Origin: an uncultured Verrucomicrobiae bacterium
Lineage (GTDB): Bacteria; Verrucomicrobiota; Verrucomicrobiia; Chthoniobacterales; JAFAMB01
Direction: 5' to 3'
Length of the DNA: 64,000 nucleotides
Assembly (NCBI GenBank): GCA_963762565.1
Contig: CAVXLD010000002.1
Span: forward strand, 37,140 to 101,139
Below are positions 54,803 through 64,000 of the stretch, piece by piece. A program made the position numbers and the translations under genes. Position 1 is the first letter of the stretch, and every line of letters starts with the position of its first letter. Below the pieces are notes generated by a model. It did not search any database. It saw only the letters and a list, made by a program, of their open reading frames with translations, and had not been told where the DNA came from.

Positions 54803-55073
54803 TGGAGGGGAGCCGCTTTGGCGCGTATCTTCCCGCCCTCGCGAATTTCGTCTCAACACTAATCCGGCCGAAACGTGCAAAATCAGGCGGCTCCCGCGAG
54901 TGACCCCAGCGGTTTGCAGCTCTACGGCCGAGTGTAAACGAGTCGGAACTGCGGGTAAAATCATCGCGCTGGATTATTCCCGGGAGCCGCCTGTTGTGAC
55001 ATTTTTGGTCGAACTGAACCCTAAAACAAATATCGCGAGGTCGTCTGCTACATGCCAAAGCGGCTCCCCTCCA
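54803..55073. repeat. REPIN-like element family B, copy 3
   Basis: tggaggggagccgctttggc ... caggcggctcccg ... cgggagccgcctg ... gccaaagcggctcccctcca. Confidence 0.85.
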
Positions 55074-55200
55074 CGCGTTGGGAACAAAAACGCCTTTTCA
55101 ACAGGCCACACCTTTCGAGGGCGACGGTCAGGACCGGTCTGGTCCATCTTGCGGCGGATTCATCTGTGGTTGTTTCTTCCATCTTTTCGTCCATTCGCGG

Positions 55201-55557
55201 TTAAGGAATGTAGACGAGCTGATAAACTGTTCGGTGGATCCTTACGCGCTGTTTGGTCTGCGGGTCTCGATACCAAAAGGTCTTTTGTTGGCGGACGAAT
55301 ACGCCGTTCGCGCCGCTCTGTGCCGCCATGGTCCGAACCTGCGACCAAGTATCACCTGACATGGCTTCCAGGCGATCCTGAATCGTGACCACTCCAAGTT
55401 GAGCGAAAGGCGGGCTGGGCGCAGCAGCTAATAACCGAACCGATTGCTCGGGAAGCGCAGGATACTGAGGTCCGGCCGGAGCTGGTTTGTGCGCGCAAGC
55501 GCCGAGCAGCAGACAAGCTGTAGAGATCAGCACCCACTTCAGACGGCGGCTCATCAT
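55201..55557 (-). CDS. Hypothetical lipoprotein
   Basis: MMSRRLK..LLLGAC lipobox; AAQSGANGV. Confidence 0.65.
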   Translation of the reverse strand: MMSRRLKWVLISTACLLLGACAHKPAPAGPQYPALPEQSVRLLAAAPSPPFAQLGVVTIQDRLEAMSGDTWSQVRTMAAQSGANGVFVRQQKTFWYRDPQTKQRVRIHRTVYQLVYIP

Positions 55558-55677
55558 TTTGACATTGACCACTGCTTAGCCTTGTCGTCCAAACTCCCTC
55601 ACCGCGCAATTCGCGGAAACAACCCTGGGGACCGTAAGAATTTCGTAATGCTGATACAGTCCGTCGGAGATATCACC

Positions 55678-55972
55678 ATGATTGGTCGAAATCTGTTGTT
55701 GGTCTTCACGACCGCAAGCTTTGCCGCCGCCCTACTCGATACCTGCAAAAACGAGCTTGGCGGATCCAGTAGCCAGCGTCGTGATGCAATCGCGGCGATT
55801 CGCTGAGGCGGGAAAATGGGAGGAGGCCAATAGAGTGCTTCAAGATGGGCTGTCGGCGACAAAAGAGAAGGCGAACAAAAACATTCTGCTGAAGCGATTC
55901 AGTATGCTGAGCAGGCCGTCCAATTGGCAAAGTCCGGGAACAGTCCCGGAGCCCTTTACGCTGCCCAATTGA
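55678..55972 (+). pseudogene. Possible relic of an exported TPR-like protein
   Basis: Signal-like segment in one frame and AEAGKWEEANRVLQDGL in another; no intact ORF. Confidence 0.25.
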
Positions 55973-56191
55973 GCCCAAGCGAAACTGTACCAGGAAACTG
56001 GTAAAACGACGGAAGCAACGGGACCAGCGGAGCAAAGCCGGGTTGGGGTTGAAGCTTTTGGTAGCGCTGGAGATGCGAAGGATGCTCAAGATTTTCTGGA
56101 GAAGCATCGCTGATTGCCAAAGCTCCCCAGCGGCTCAAATTTCAGACAAAGACACGAAGCGACGAAAAGACAGCCATCCCGCTTGTCCGCA

Positions 56192-59100
56192 GCCTCAACG
56201 CGGCCGCGGCTTGTTAGCCGCGGAAATGTTTACGAGAGTAGACGCCCGTCCCTGACTCGCTCAAGCTTCAATGGGGCCGCGGCTTGTTAGCCGCGGAAAT
56301 CAAGCCTCGGAGGGCATGTCGCACCGCATATTCGAGCGACGCTTCAATGGGGCCGCGGCTTGTTAGCCGCGGAAATCTGCCGTTACAGGTCGATGGACTG
56401 TCGGCGACTTGTCGCTTCAATGGGGCCGCGGCTTGTTAGCCGCGGAAATCTGCCTGCGAGATCGTGCCACCAGTGAGTTGTAACGTAGCTTCAATGGGGC
56501 CGCGGCTTGTTAGCCGCGGAAATCGCCTGAACGTAACAGCTTCGGTGCCGAGCAGATTCAGCTTCAATGGGGCCGCGGCTTGTTAGCCGCGGAAATGTCG
56601 AACTGGAGGTCCGAGCTGCAGCGCCATCACTGAATGCTTCAATGGGGCCGCGGCTTGTTAGCCGCGGAAATCGCGACAATGTCGAGCGATCAGCGCAGCC
56701 TATCACTGGCTTCAATGGGGCCGCGGCTTGTTAGCCGCGGAAATAGCTCGCATGCCGTCACTGGCATCGCGAGTCGTAGACGCTTCAATGGGGCCGCGGC
56801 TTGTTAGCCGCGGAAATTCGTCGACGCTAAGATCCGATCGGTGCCGTCGAGTCATGCTTCAATGGGGCCGCGGCTTGTTAGCCGCGGAAATCGTGCAGTC
56901 ATCGACGATCTGCGATCGACGCGTAGATCGTGCTTCAATGGGGCCGCGGCTTGTTAGCCGCGGAAATTCGAGCTACGCTCCGTCGATCAGCGTCGAGCTA
57001 TAGCTGCTTCAATGGGGCCGCGGCTTGTTAGCCGCGGAAATGCTCGATCGACTGTCGATCTAGATGCAGACCGATAGCGTGCTTCAATGGGGCCGCGGCT
57101 TGTTAGCCGCGGAAATGCATCGACTTGACTGGCATCATGGCGCGTCATCGACGTAGCTTCAATGGGGCCGCGGCTTGTTAGCCGCGGAAATGCTACGCTA
57201 GTTCTACGGCATACGGCAGTCGACATGTACGCTTCAATGGGGCCGCGGCTTGTTAGCCGCGGAAATCGATCGAGTCGCTATGCGAGCATGGTCACGAGCA
57301 TCGATACGCTTCAATGGGGCCGCGGCTTGTTAGCCGCGGAAATGTGCATCGACCGGTCGATGAATCAGCGATGCTACGACAGCTTCAATGGGGCCGCGGC
57401 TTGTTAGCCGCGGAAATGCGTCGACGAATCCATCGAGTCGAGCACGCTGAGCGTCAGCTTCAATGGGGCCGCGGCTTGTTAGCCGCGGAAATGTCGAGCT
57501 GGACTGCATCGAGACGCTGCGAACCGATACAGCTTCAATGGGGCCGCGGCTTGTTAGCCGCGGAAATCACGTCGAGCGTGATCGCCTAGCGATGCTGACA
57601 CAGTGCTTCAATGGGGCCGCGGCTTGTTAGCCGCGGAAATGCTGCGAATGCGAGCCTAACGATGCCAGACGCTAGACTGCTTCAATGGGGCCGCGGCTTG
57701 TTAGCCGCGGAAATCGTCAATGTACCGACGCGAGATCGCTACGGCACGGTACGCTTCAATGGGGCCGCGGCTTGTTAGCCGCGGAAATCGCGACTCATCG
57801 CGTGCAGCTATCGCTGACGCAGCATCGCTTCAATGGGGCCGCGGCTTGTTAGCCGCGGAAATGTCAGCCTGCAGTTCGATGCATAGCGGCGTCAACGGCT
57901 TCAATGGGGCCGCGGCTTGTTAGCCGCGGAAATGCATCGATCGATGCTGCGTTCGACGATCGAGACGATCGCTTCAATGGGGCCGCGGCTTGTTAGCCGC
58001 GGAAATTCGACTGAGTCGGTGAGTGTCATGCATCGAAGTTGATCGGCTTCAATGGGGCCGCGGCTTGTTAGCCGCGGAAATTGTCGCGATGTCGCGAGCG
58101 CTAGTCACGGTCCACGATCGCTTCAATGGGGCCGCGGCTTGTTAGCCGCGGAAATTGCGGTCATGCGGCAGTTACCGTAACGTCTGATGGCATGCTTCAA
58201 TGGGGCCGCGGCTTGTTAGCCGCGGAAATATCGCCGATAGCTGCCGAGTCATGCGTCGGATCGACAGGCTTCAATGGGGCCGCGGCTTGTTAGCCGCGGA
58301 AATGTCGCATGCGATCGCTGACAATGCGCATCAGCTGACGTGCTTCAATGGGGCCGCGGCTTGTTAGCCGCGGAAATATGACCGGCTGCGATCGAGCATG
58401 CTGAGCGTCAATCGCAGCTTCAATGGGGCCGCGGCTTGTTAGCCGCGGAAATACCGATCCGAGCGATCGGACTAGACGCAATGCAATCGACGCTTCAATG
58501 GGGCCGCGGCTTGTTAGCCGCGGAAATGCGGATCAGCTGACGAGCATCGATCGCGACATCGATGACGCTTCAATGGGGCCGCGGCTTGTTAGCCGCGGAA
58601 ATCGATCGACTGGCGCGACAGCTCAGCGATACGCAATCTCGCTTCAATGGGGCCGCGGCTTGTTAGCCGCGGAAATGCATCGAGATGCGTCAGCGTTGCG
58701 AGTCACTGATCATGCTTCAATGGGGCCGCGGCTTGTTAGCCGCGGAAATCGATGCCAGCGATGACGCTCGACGTCGATCGCTGAATCGCTTCAATGGGGC
58801 CGCGGCTTGTTAGCCGCGGAAATGTACGCGCTAGCGAGTATCGCGATGACATGCCGAATAGCTGCTTCAATGGGGCCGCGGCTTGTTAGCCGCGGAAATG
58901 CGTCATCGGCATGGTCACAGCTGATGCGCGATCATGACGCTTCAATGGGGCCGCGGCTTGTTAGCCGCGGAAATCGCTAGTGCTCGTCGCATAGCGTGTC
59001 GACTGCATGCTTGCTTCAATGGGGCCGCGGCTTGTTAGCCGCGGAAATGCGTACGTCGCTGTCGATCGCGACATCGCGATCAATGCAGCTTCAATGGGGC

Positions 59101-59707
59101 CGCGGCTTGTTAGCCGCGGAAATCGATCGAGCTGAGTCGCATGCAGCATCGACGATCGATGCATGCTTCAATGGGGCCGCGGCTTGTTAGCCGCGGAAAT
59201 CTGAGTCGACGCTGGCATCCAGTGACGCGATTACGTGCTTCAATGGGGCCGCGGCTTGTTAGCCGCGGAAATGTCGACGAGCTCGATCATGCCGACAGTC
59301 GCATCAAGCGGCTTCAATGGGGCCGCGGCTTGTTAGCCGCGGAAATCAGCCGGTCCGATCGCACGACATGCTATCGGCATGCGCTTCAATGGGGCCGCGG
59401 CTTGTTAGCCGCGGAAATCGACGGCTATCGGCTCGATAGCGTCGCAGATCACGCTTCAATGGGGCCGCGGCTTGTTAGCCGCGGAAATCGCGTCAGCATC
59501 AGCCTGACAGATCATCGATAGTGCTTCAATGGGGCCGCGGCTTGTTAGCCGCGGAAATTAGCCGATATGCGCTCGTACGGACTGCGAATCGATACGCTTC
59601 AATGGGGCCGCGGCTTGTTAGCCGCGGAAATCTCGGACGCGAATCGCAGCTAGCCGATCGTCGAGCTATGCGCTTCAATGGGGCCGCGGCTTGTTAGCCG
59701 CGGAAAT
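56192..59707 (-). CRISPR. CRISPR array, 48 repeats / 47 spacers, type I-G-like 36-bp repeat ATTTCCGCGGCTAACAAGCCGCGGCCCCATTGAAGC
   Basis: 47 identical repeats plus a degenerate trailer repeat at 56192-56227; spacers 34-41 nt; CCGCGGC hairpin; ATTGAAGC 3' end. Confidence 0.97.
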
Positions 59708-59911
59708 AGCCTCTCGCTAACCCGCTCAGCCGCAATGGGCACACAGCGATCTCGCGAGCGGTACCTTGCATTCGGTTCCGGCCTTTAATTAACCATCCAA
59801 ATTCTATCATGTTCTCTTGAACAGTTTTCTCCTCGTAATTCGATTACATCGCGAGCGCTCTCAACGACTTCTTCATCACCAGACCGCTCGCGACCAAAAT
59901 GTCAAAGAAAT
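59708..59911 (-). promoter_or_regulatory. CRISPR leader
   Basis: Non-coding 204 bp between cas2 and the first intact repeat; AT-richer core; recurrent TCGCGAGCG motif. Confidence 0.75.
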
Positions 59912-60202
59912 TCACACCACGAAACACGCCGTATCCACATTGATATAAGGGATCCCTATGGCCGTGATTTCGCGTTGACCTCGTTGCTCAGCCGGCCCGA
60001 GGCGTATAAATAAAACCTGATCTTCTTCCCGTTTAATTTCTCCAACCAGCTTCTCTTCAAATTGAAGCTTCTCGCCGGGAGTAAGATCGCATTCAAAAAC
60101 CGAGAACTGAAGGTGTTGACCGAAATCTTTGCAAACCTTGAACACCCGACGGAGTCGTTTGGGATCGGCCACATCGTAACAGACGATATAAGTATTTCTC
60201 AT
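59912..60202 (-). CDS. cas2: CRISPR-associated endonuclease Cas2
   Basis: YIVCYDVADPKRLRRVFK, HLQFSVFEC. Confidence 0.95.
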   Translation of the reverse strand: MRNTYIVCYDVADPKRLRRVFKVCKDFGQHLQFSVFECDLTPGEKLQFEEKLVGEIKREEDQVLFIRLGPAEQRGQREITAIGIPYINVDTACFVV

Positions 60203-62160
60203 CGGGTCACAAAAGGCCGATAAATTGCGACCTCTCCGGTTAACACTCGGGCTAGAAGCCGGAACTGGAGCTCGATAGCGCGCCGGTAACAGACTTTATA
60301 ATCGAACACCGGATGGGTCACGACACTGGTTAACCGGGCCTCATACGCTTCAAAGAAGATCTTTCGTCCCCGCGCGGTGAGATTGGTTGCGTTCCCAGCT
60401 CGAACAAAATGAGATTCATCCAGCATCCGATTATTAACCAGGGTCACGGCCACTGAATCCGCGATTAACGGCCGGAATTCTTCCATGATATCGAGCGCTA
60501 ACGCCGGGCGCCCAAACCGAGGTTGATGATAGAAACCGACATAGGGATCGAACCCGACGGCAGCAGCGGCGATCGCGCAATCCTTTGCTAATAAGCTGTA
60601 ACCAAGGGAAAGCAGCGCGTTGACCGGGTCCCGCGGCGGTCGCCGGTTACGTGCTCGAAAGTCGAAAGTTAGGGAGTCGTCGGATTCAGGTTTCAACATT
60701 CCGGCGAAAGCGCCGAAATAGTTTGCTGCCGCTGCGCCTTCGATCCCGAGAAGTTCATTCAAGCTCTTGGCCAGGAGTGCATCATTCACTGCCTGACGCA
60801 ACCGGTTCAATAAAGGCGTGGGTGGTTCCTCATGGTTTCGCATCAACATCGTCCGTTGATTCCGGATTTTGCCGGCAACAAAGGATCTGGAAAAAAGCAG
60901 GCATTGGCGCTCTTGCGCGGCCACACCGAATTGAGCGATCCGGGTAAAGACATTAGTTAGACCGAGTCCATGAGTAATCCCGTAGAACCAGCCGCCGCCC
61001 GAGAAGAATGTAATCGGGACTTCCTGATCGCAAAGTTCTTGTACGACTTGAGTTGAAACTTGGATATTACCGAAAATACCTAGATGATTGATGTCCCGGA
61101 TCCGGACTTCTTGTAGGACGGTTTTCTTGTCGCGGATCTCCAATACCTCCCCTTTCCTGCCGACGTTCAAGCCGGGCGAATTCAGGTAAAGAACACGCCG
61201 TTCATCGCGGGCTGCCAGGGATCTGCGCCCAGTAAAATTAAACTCGTTGTCCCCTTCTGTCTTTACCGATGGGTCTGTATCAGGACCAAGTTGACGCAGA
61301 AAATTGGTTTCATCCGGGAGACACACCGGCGCCAGTGAACAACGCACACATTTCGGTGACGCGACGAGCGGAGCAGGTCGTTCACCCTCCGCACAAGCTC
61401 GAGCTCTGGCTATGATCTCGATCGCCCAATTCTCGATCTCGGGTGTGATTTCCAACCGCACACGCTGTTTCGTGCCGCGATAATAAAGAATCCCTTCTTT
61501 GCAGTCGTACCCGTTATCTCGAAGGATTAGGCATTGCAGAACTAACTGGATCTTATCGGTATCCCAGAGCTCGATCCCGTTCTCACCCTCTCTAGGGGTA
61601 CCGGCTTTATATTCAACCGGACAAACCTGCACATTGCTGAAGAGATCGGTACGAATTTCAACCAGATCCATCTTGCACACTACTCCGAGCCGATCGGAAG
61701 CCAGCTCAACAGAACGCGAATGGATAATGTCTTCCTTCGCCAAGGCGCCGGAGGACAAGTCCTCGCCAGGCTTCCCCTGCCCTCCGTCTCCCTTGGCCGG
61801 AGCGCTTGGTAAAGAGCCAGAGCCTAGATCGACACGTTTATGTCCTTGTGAACCGCGAATCGTGTCAGCGTTCTCCACAAATACGCCTTCCACCTGCTCG
61901 TAGTAGAACAAGCGCGGACAATAAACGAACTCGTTAATCATCCGAGCCGGGAGATAGGTCGGAATTAGATTCGGTTGCTCGGAACGATTAGACGAAGCCG
62001 GATCTAAGATTTGAACCGCTTCTTCCTCAGCCAAGACGGGCAGATTCCCGGTTCGCGGCCCAGGGACCCGAGAGCTAAGTTCTTTTAAGCGTTCTAGACG
62101 GCTGACCGCCCGTCTACTTGGCGACATCCTGCGCGTTTTCGGTCCCGCACGTTTGGCCAT
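60199..62160 (-). CDS. cas4-cas1: Cas4/Cas1 fusion (type I-G adaptation module)
   Basis: Cas4: YCPR, VEYK, CxxCxxxxxC; Cas1: LGIEG, RNRRPPRDPVNALLS, GFYH, LALDIMEEFR. Confidence 0.95.
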   Translation of the reverse strand: MAKRAGPKTRRMSPSRRAVSRLERLKELSSRVPGPRTGNLPVLAEEEAVQILDPASSNRSEQPNLIPTYLPARMINEFVYCPRLFYYEQVEGVFVENADTIRGSQGHKRVDLGSGSLPSAPAKGDGGQGKPGEDLSSGALAKEDIIHSRSVELASDRLGVVCKMDLVEIRTDLFSNVQVCPVEYKAGTPREGENGIELWDTDKIQLVLQCLILRDNGYDCKEGILYYRGTKQRVRLEITPEIENWAIEIIARARACAEGERPAPLVASPKCVRCSLAPVCLPDETNFLRQLGPDTDPSVKTEGDNEFNFTGRRSLAARDERRVLYLNSPGLNVGRKGEVLEIRDKKTVLQEVRIRDINHLGIFGNIQVSTQVVQELCDQEVPITFFSGGGWFYGITHGLGLTNVFTRIAQFGVAAQERQCLLFSRSFVAGKIRNQRTMLMRNHEEPPTPLLNRLRQAVNDALLAKSLNELLGIEGAAAANYFGAFAGMLKPESDDSLTFDFRARNRRPPRDPVNALLSLGYSLLAKDCAIAAAAVGFDPYVGFYHQPRFGRPALALDIMEEFRPLIADSVAVTLVNNRMLDESHFVRAGNATNLTARGRKIFFEAYEARLTSVVTHPVFDYKVCYRRAIELQFRLLARVLTGEVAIYRPFVTR

Positions 62161-62316
62161 TAGATTAGGTGCTCACAATTCTCTAAGAGGAACAATAACG
62201 CGGAGGAACCTTAGCCAAACAGATCCGCGAGAGAAAGCCAAGCAAAACCGCGGCCAAAAAAGGGAGTAGCCGGAAATCTTAGTTGATGGCGGTTAAGCGC
62301 GTGACAGATTTCTGTC

Positions 62317-62580
62317 ATGCAAACGACGTTGCGGATCGATGACGCTCTTTATCGTGAAGCCAAAGCAAAAGCTGCGATCCTTGGGATCAGTCTTACTCAG
62401 CTTCTAGAAGAAGCCCTTCGCGCAAAACTGCGCGAAAAACCGTCGCGCCGGCCTCGACGGCGAGTTCGTTTACCAGTTTCCTCTGCCAGAGGCGGTCTGT
62501 TATCGCCTTCGAAAACGTTGCCGGAGCTGATCGAGGCCGCAGATTTAGCCCATGACCTTTCGACAGCCAGGAACCGATAA
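62317..62580 (+). CDS. Ribbon-helix-helix antitoxin (VapB-like)
   Basis: MQTTLRIDDALYREAKAKAA..SLTQLLEEALR; TAATG overlap with the PIN gene. Confidence 0.8.
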   Translation: MQTTLRIDDALYREAKAKAAILGISLTQLLEEALRAKLREKPSRRPRRRVRLPVSSARGGLLSPSKTLPELIEAADLAHDLSTARNR

Positions 62581-62872
62581 TGGATGTGGTTGACGCTAAT
62601 ATCCTCATCGGCGCATTTCGGCCGGACCATCTTGATCACCGTTTGCTGAAACGCTTGTTACAAGGAAGGCTGAACCAACCGACTTCGATCACCTTTCCAC
62701 ATCTCGTTGAGGTCGCGTTCCTCCGCATTGTTTCGCACCCCAAAATTTTTCGTCACCCGTCAACGTTCAAGGAAGCCCACTCATTCTTAGAAGCGATCCG
62801 TGACAGCGGGGCCTTTGAAGAACCGCCCGTATTACCTGGCTTTAGAAACACTCTGGCTGAGCTTTCCAGGTT
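62580..62872 (+). pseudogene. 3'-truncated VapC/PIN-domain toxin
   Basis: DANIL, FLRIVSHPKIF; similarity ends near aa 97 and the rest is antisense of the next gene. Confidence 0.7.
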
Positions 62873-63920
62873 GAATATCGATAACGGACACCGTGTCGTC
62901 CTGGTAGTTAGTCACGTAGGCAAACTTTTGGTCAGGGGTAATCGCTACCGCCCGTGGCTGAAACCCAACCGTGATTGGCTTTCCCACTGTCTTGTAAGTC
63001 GTCGTACTGACCATAATGACCTTGTTGCTCGGTCCCGAATTGCTCGAATTCAACGGTAGGTAAAGATATTTACCGTCTGGCGTCACCGCACAATACCCGG
63101 GATAATTACTCTCTTTGATGTTCTTGATGACTTTGTTATCCTGGATGACCACGAACGCCCTCTTGGCGAGACTAACCACGTAAACATCCTCCTCGCCTTT
63201 TGGGTTTACGACACAAAAATTTGGATTGGTTGTCTTGATCCCAGAACCGATCACCGCCTGCGCTGCCGTGTCGATCACAAAAACGGCATTGTCATTGCCG
63301 TCGCACACGTAGGCGGTCCTCCCATCCGGGGTAAACGCTACGGCCTCGGCCGAGGTTCCGATTGCAATACTTTTGGTAACCGTTTTGGTTTTCGTATCAA
63401 TCACTGACACAGTCCCAGAATTCACATTCGGCACATAAGCCTGCTTTCCGTCTGGGCTAATCGCCAAGAACTTCGGTTTGTTGCCCAACCCCGCTATCTG
63501 ATTCAGGAGAGTACCGGTGCTGGCGTTGAGAACAGTCACGGTGCCGGGACTAATAGAATTGGTGACGTAAACTTCTGTCCCATCGGGTGTAATCGCCATT
63601 CCGATTGGGTTAGCACCCGCGGAAAAGGACTTCACAACGATTTTGCTCGGCGCGTAGATCTCTGAAATCGTGTTATCGTTTTGGTTCACGACGTACACAA
63701 AAATATTGTCCGGATTGACGACGATCAGGTTGGGACCCGCCCCTACCATAAGCGTAGCAACGACTTCGTTTTTGGGCAGCGTGTCAGGTGTGATCCGGTC
63801 CGCCCCTTCTTGCCCGCAGACCCTTAACATCGGGCAAGCAGCGATAAAGGCGATGATCGTCCTAAGCAAGAATTGTTTGCTGAGCACCCGATGTACGAAT
63901 GCACTTTTATATTTGAGCAT
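62832..63920 (-). CDS. YVTN/YncE-type beta-propeller protein
   Basis: Repeated AITPDG..AYVTN..TVSVID blades; N-terminal signal-like segment. Confidence 0.85.
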   Translation of the reverse strand: MLKYKSAFVHRVLSKQFLLRTIIAFIAACPMLRVCGQEGADRITPDTLPKNEVVATLMVGAGPNLIVVNPDNIFVYVVNQNDNTISEIYAPSKIVVKSFSAGANPIGMAITPDGTEVYVTNSISPGTVTVLNASTGTLLNQIAGLGNKPKFLAISPDGKQAYVPNVNSGTVSVIDTKTKTVTKSIAIGTSAEAVAFTPDGRTAYVCDGNDNAVFVIDTAAQAVIGSGIKTTNPNFCVVNPKGEEDVYVVSLAKRAFVVIQDNKVIKNIKESNYPGYCAVTPDGKYLYLPLNSSNSGPSNKVIMVSTTTYKTVGKPITVGFQPRAVAITPDQKFAYVTNYQDDTVSVIDIQPGKLSQSVSKAR

Positions 63921-64000
63921 AATTCTGACCTCCCCTAAAAGAGCACTAGGCCTGGATTTTTATTCCCTACTCTTGTGAGCGAAAGGGGTCAGTCAAAGGA

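Noticed and set aside
56491..59521. Many short ORFs containing MGPRLVSRGN or FPRLTSRGPIEA
   Set aside because: They are translations of CRISPR repeats.
51096..64000. Genomic island integrated at tRNA-Pro
   Set aside because: No integrase and no duplicated tRNA 3' end were seen; host-type repeats continue through the region.

Overview
Bacterial chromosomal window, probably from a Verrucomicrobiota genome (inferred from protein character, e.g. a PVC-type insert in RpoB). In order: (i) an alternative complex III (ACIII, actABCDEF plus actG-like) operon continuing into a CcoN-like gene lacking all six canonical heme/CuB His ligands, ccoO and a monoheme cytochrome c; (ii) pnp-rpsO, a type III PKS/ACP pair, a UvrD/PcrA helicase, a liv ABC transporter and tsf-rpsB; (iii) tRNA-Thr-tuf-tRNA-Trp-secE-nusG-rplKAJL-rpoBC; (iv) a phosphoesterase, an amidase, a sugar ABC transporter, tRNA-Pro and small accessory genes; (v) a type I-G-like CRISPR array (48 repeats, 47 spacers) with cas4/cas1 and cas2 but no effector genes in view, followed by vapB, a truncated vapC and a beta-propeller gene. 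Many intergenic spaces hold REP/REPIN-like inverted-repeat elements. Two families have loop-expanded hairpins, some copies are nested in other elements, and several are wrapped in 7-9 nt periodic repeats. Two data-quality flags apply: spacers 3-47 have a strongly non-natural composition, and about 7 frameshifts cluster at 3.9-5.9 kb.
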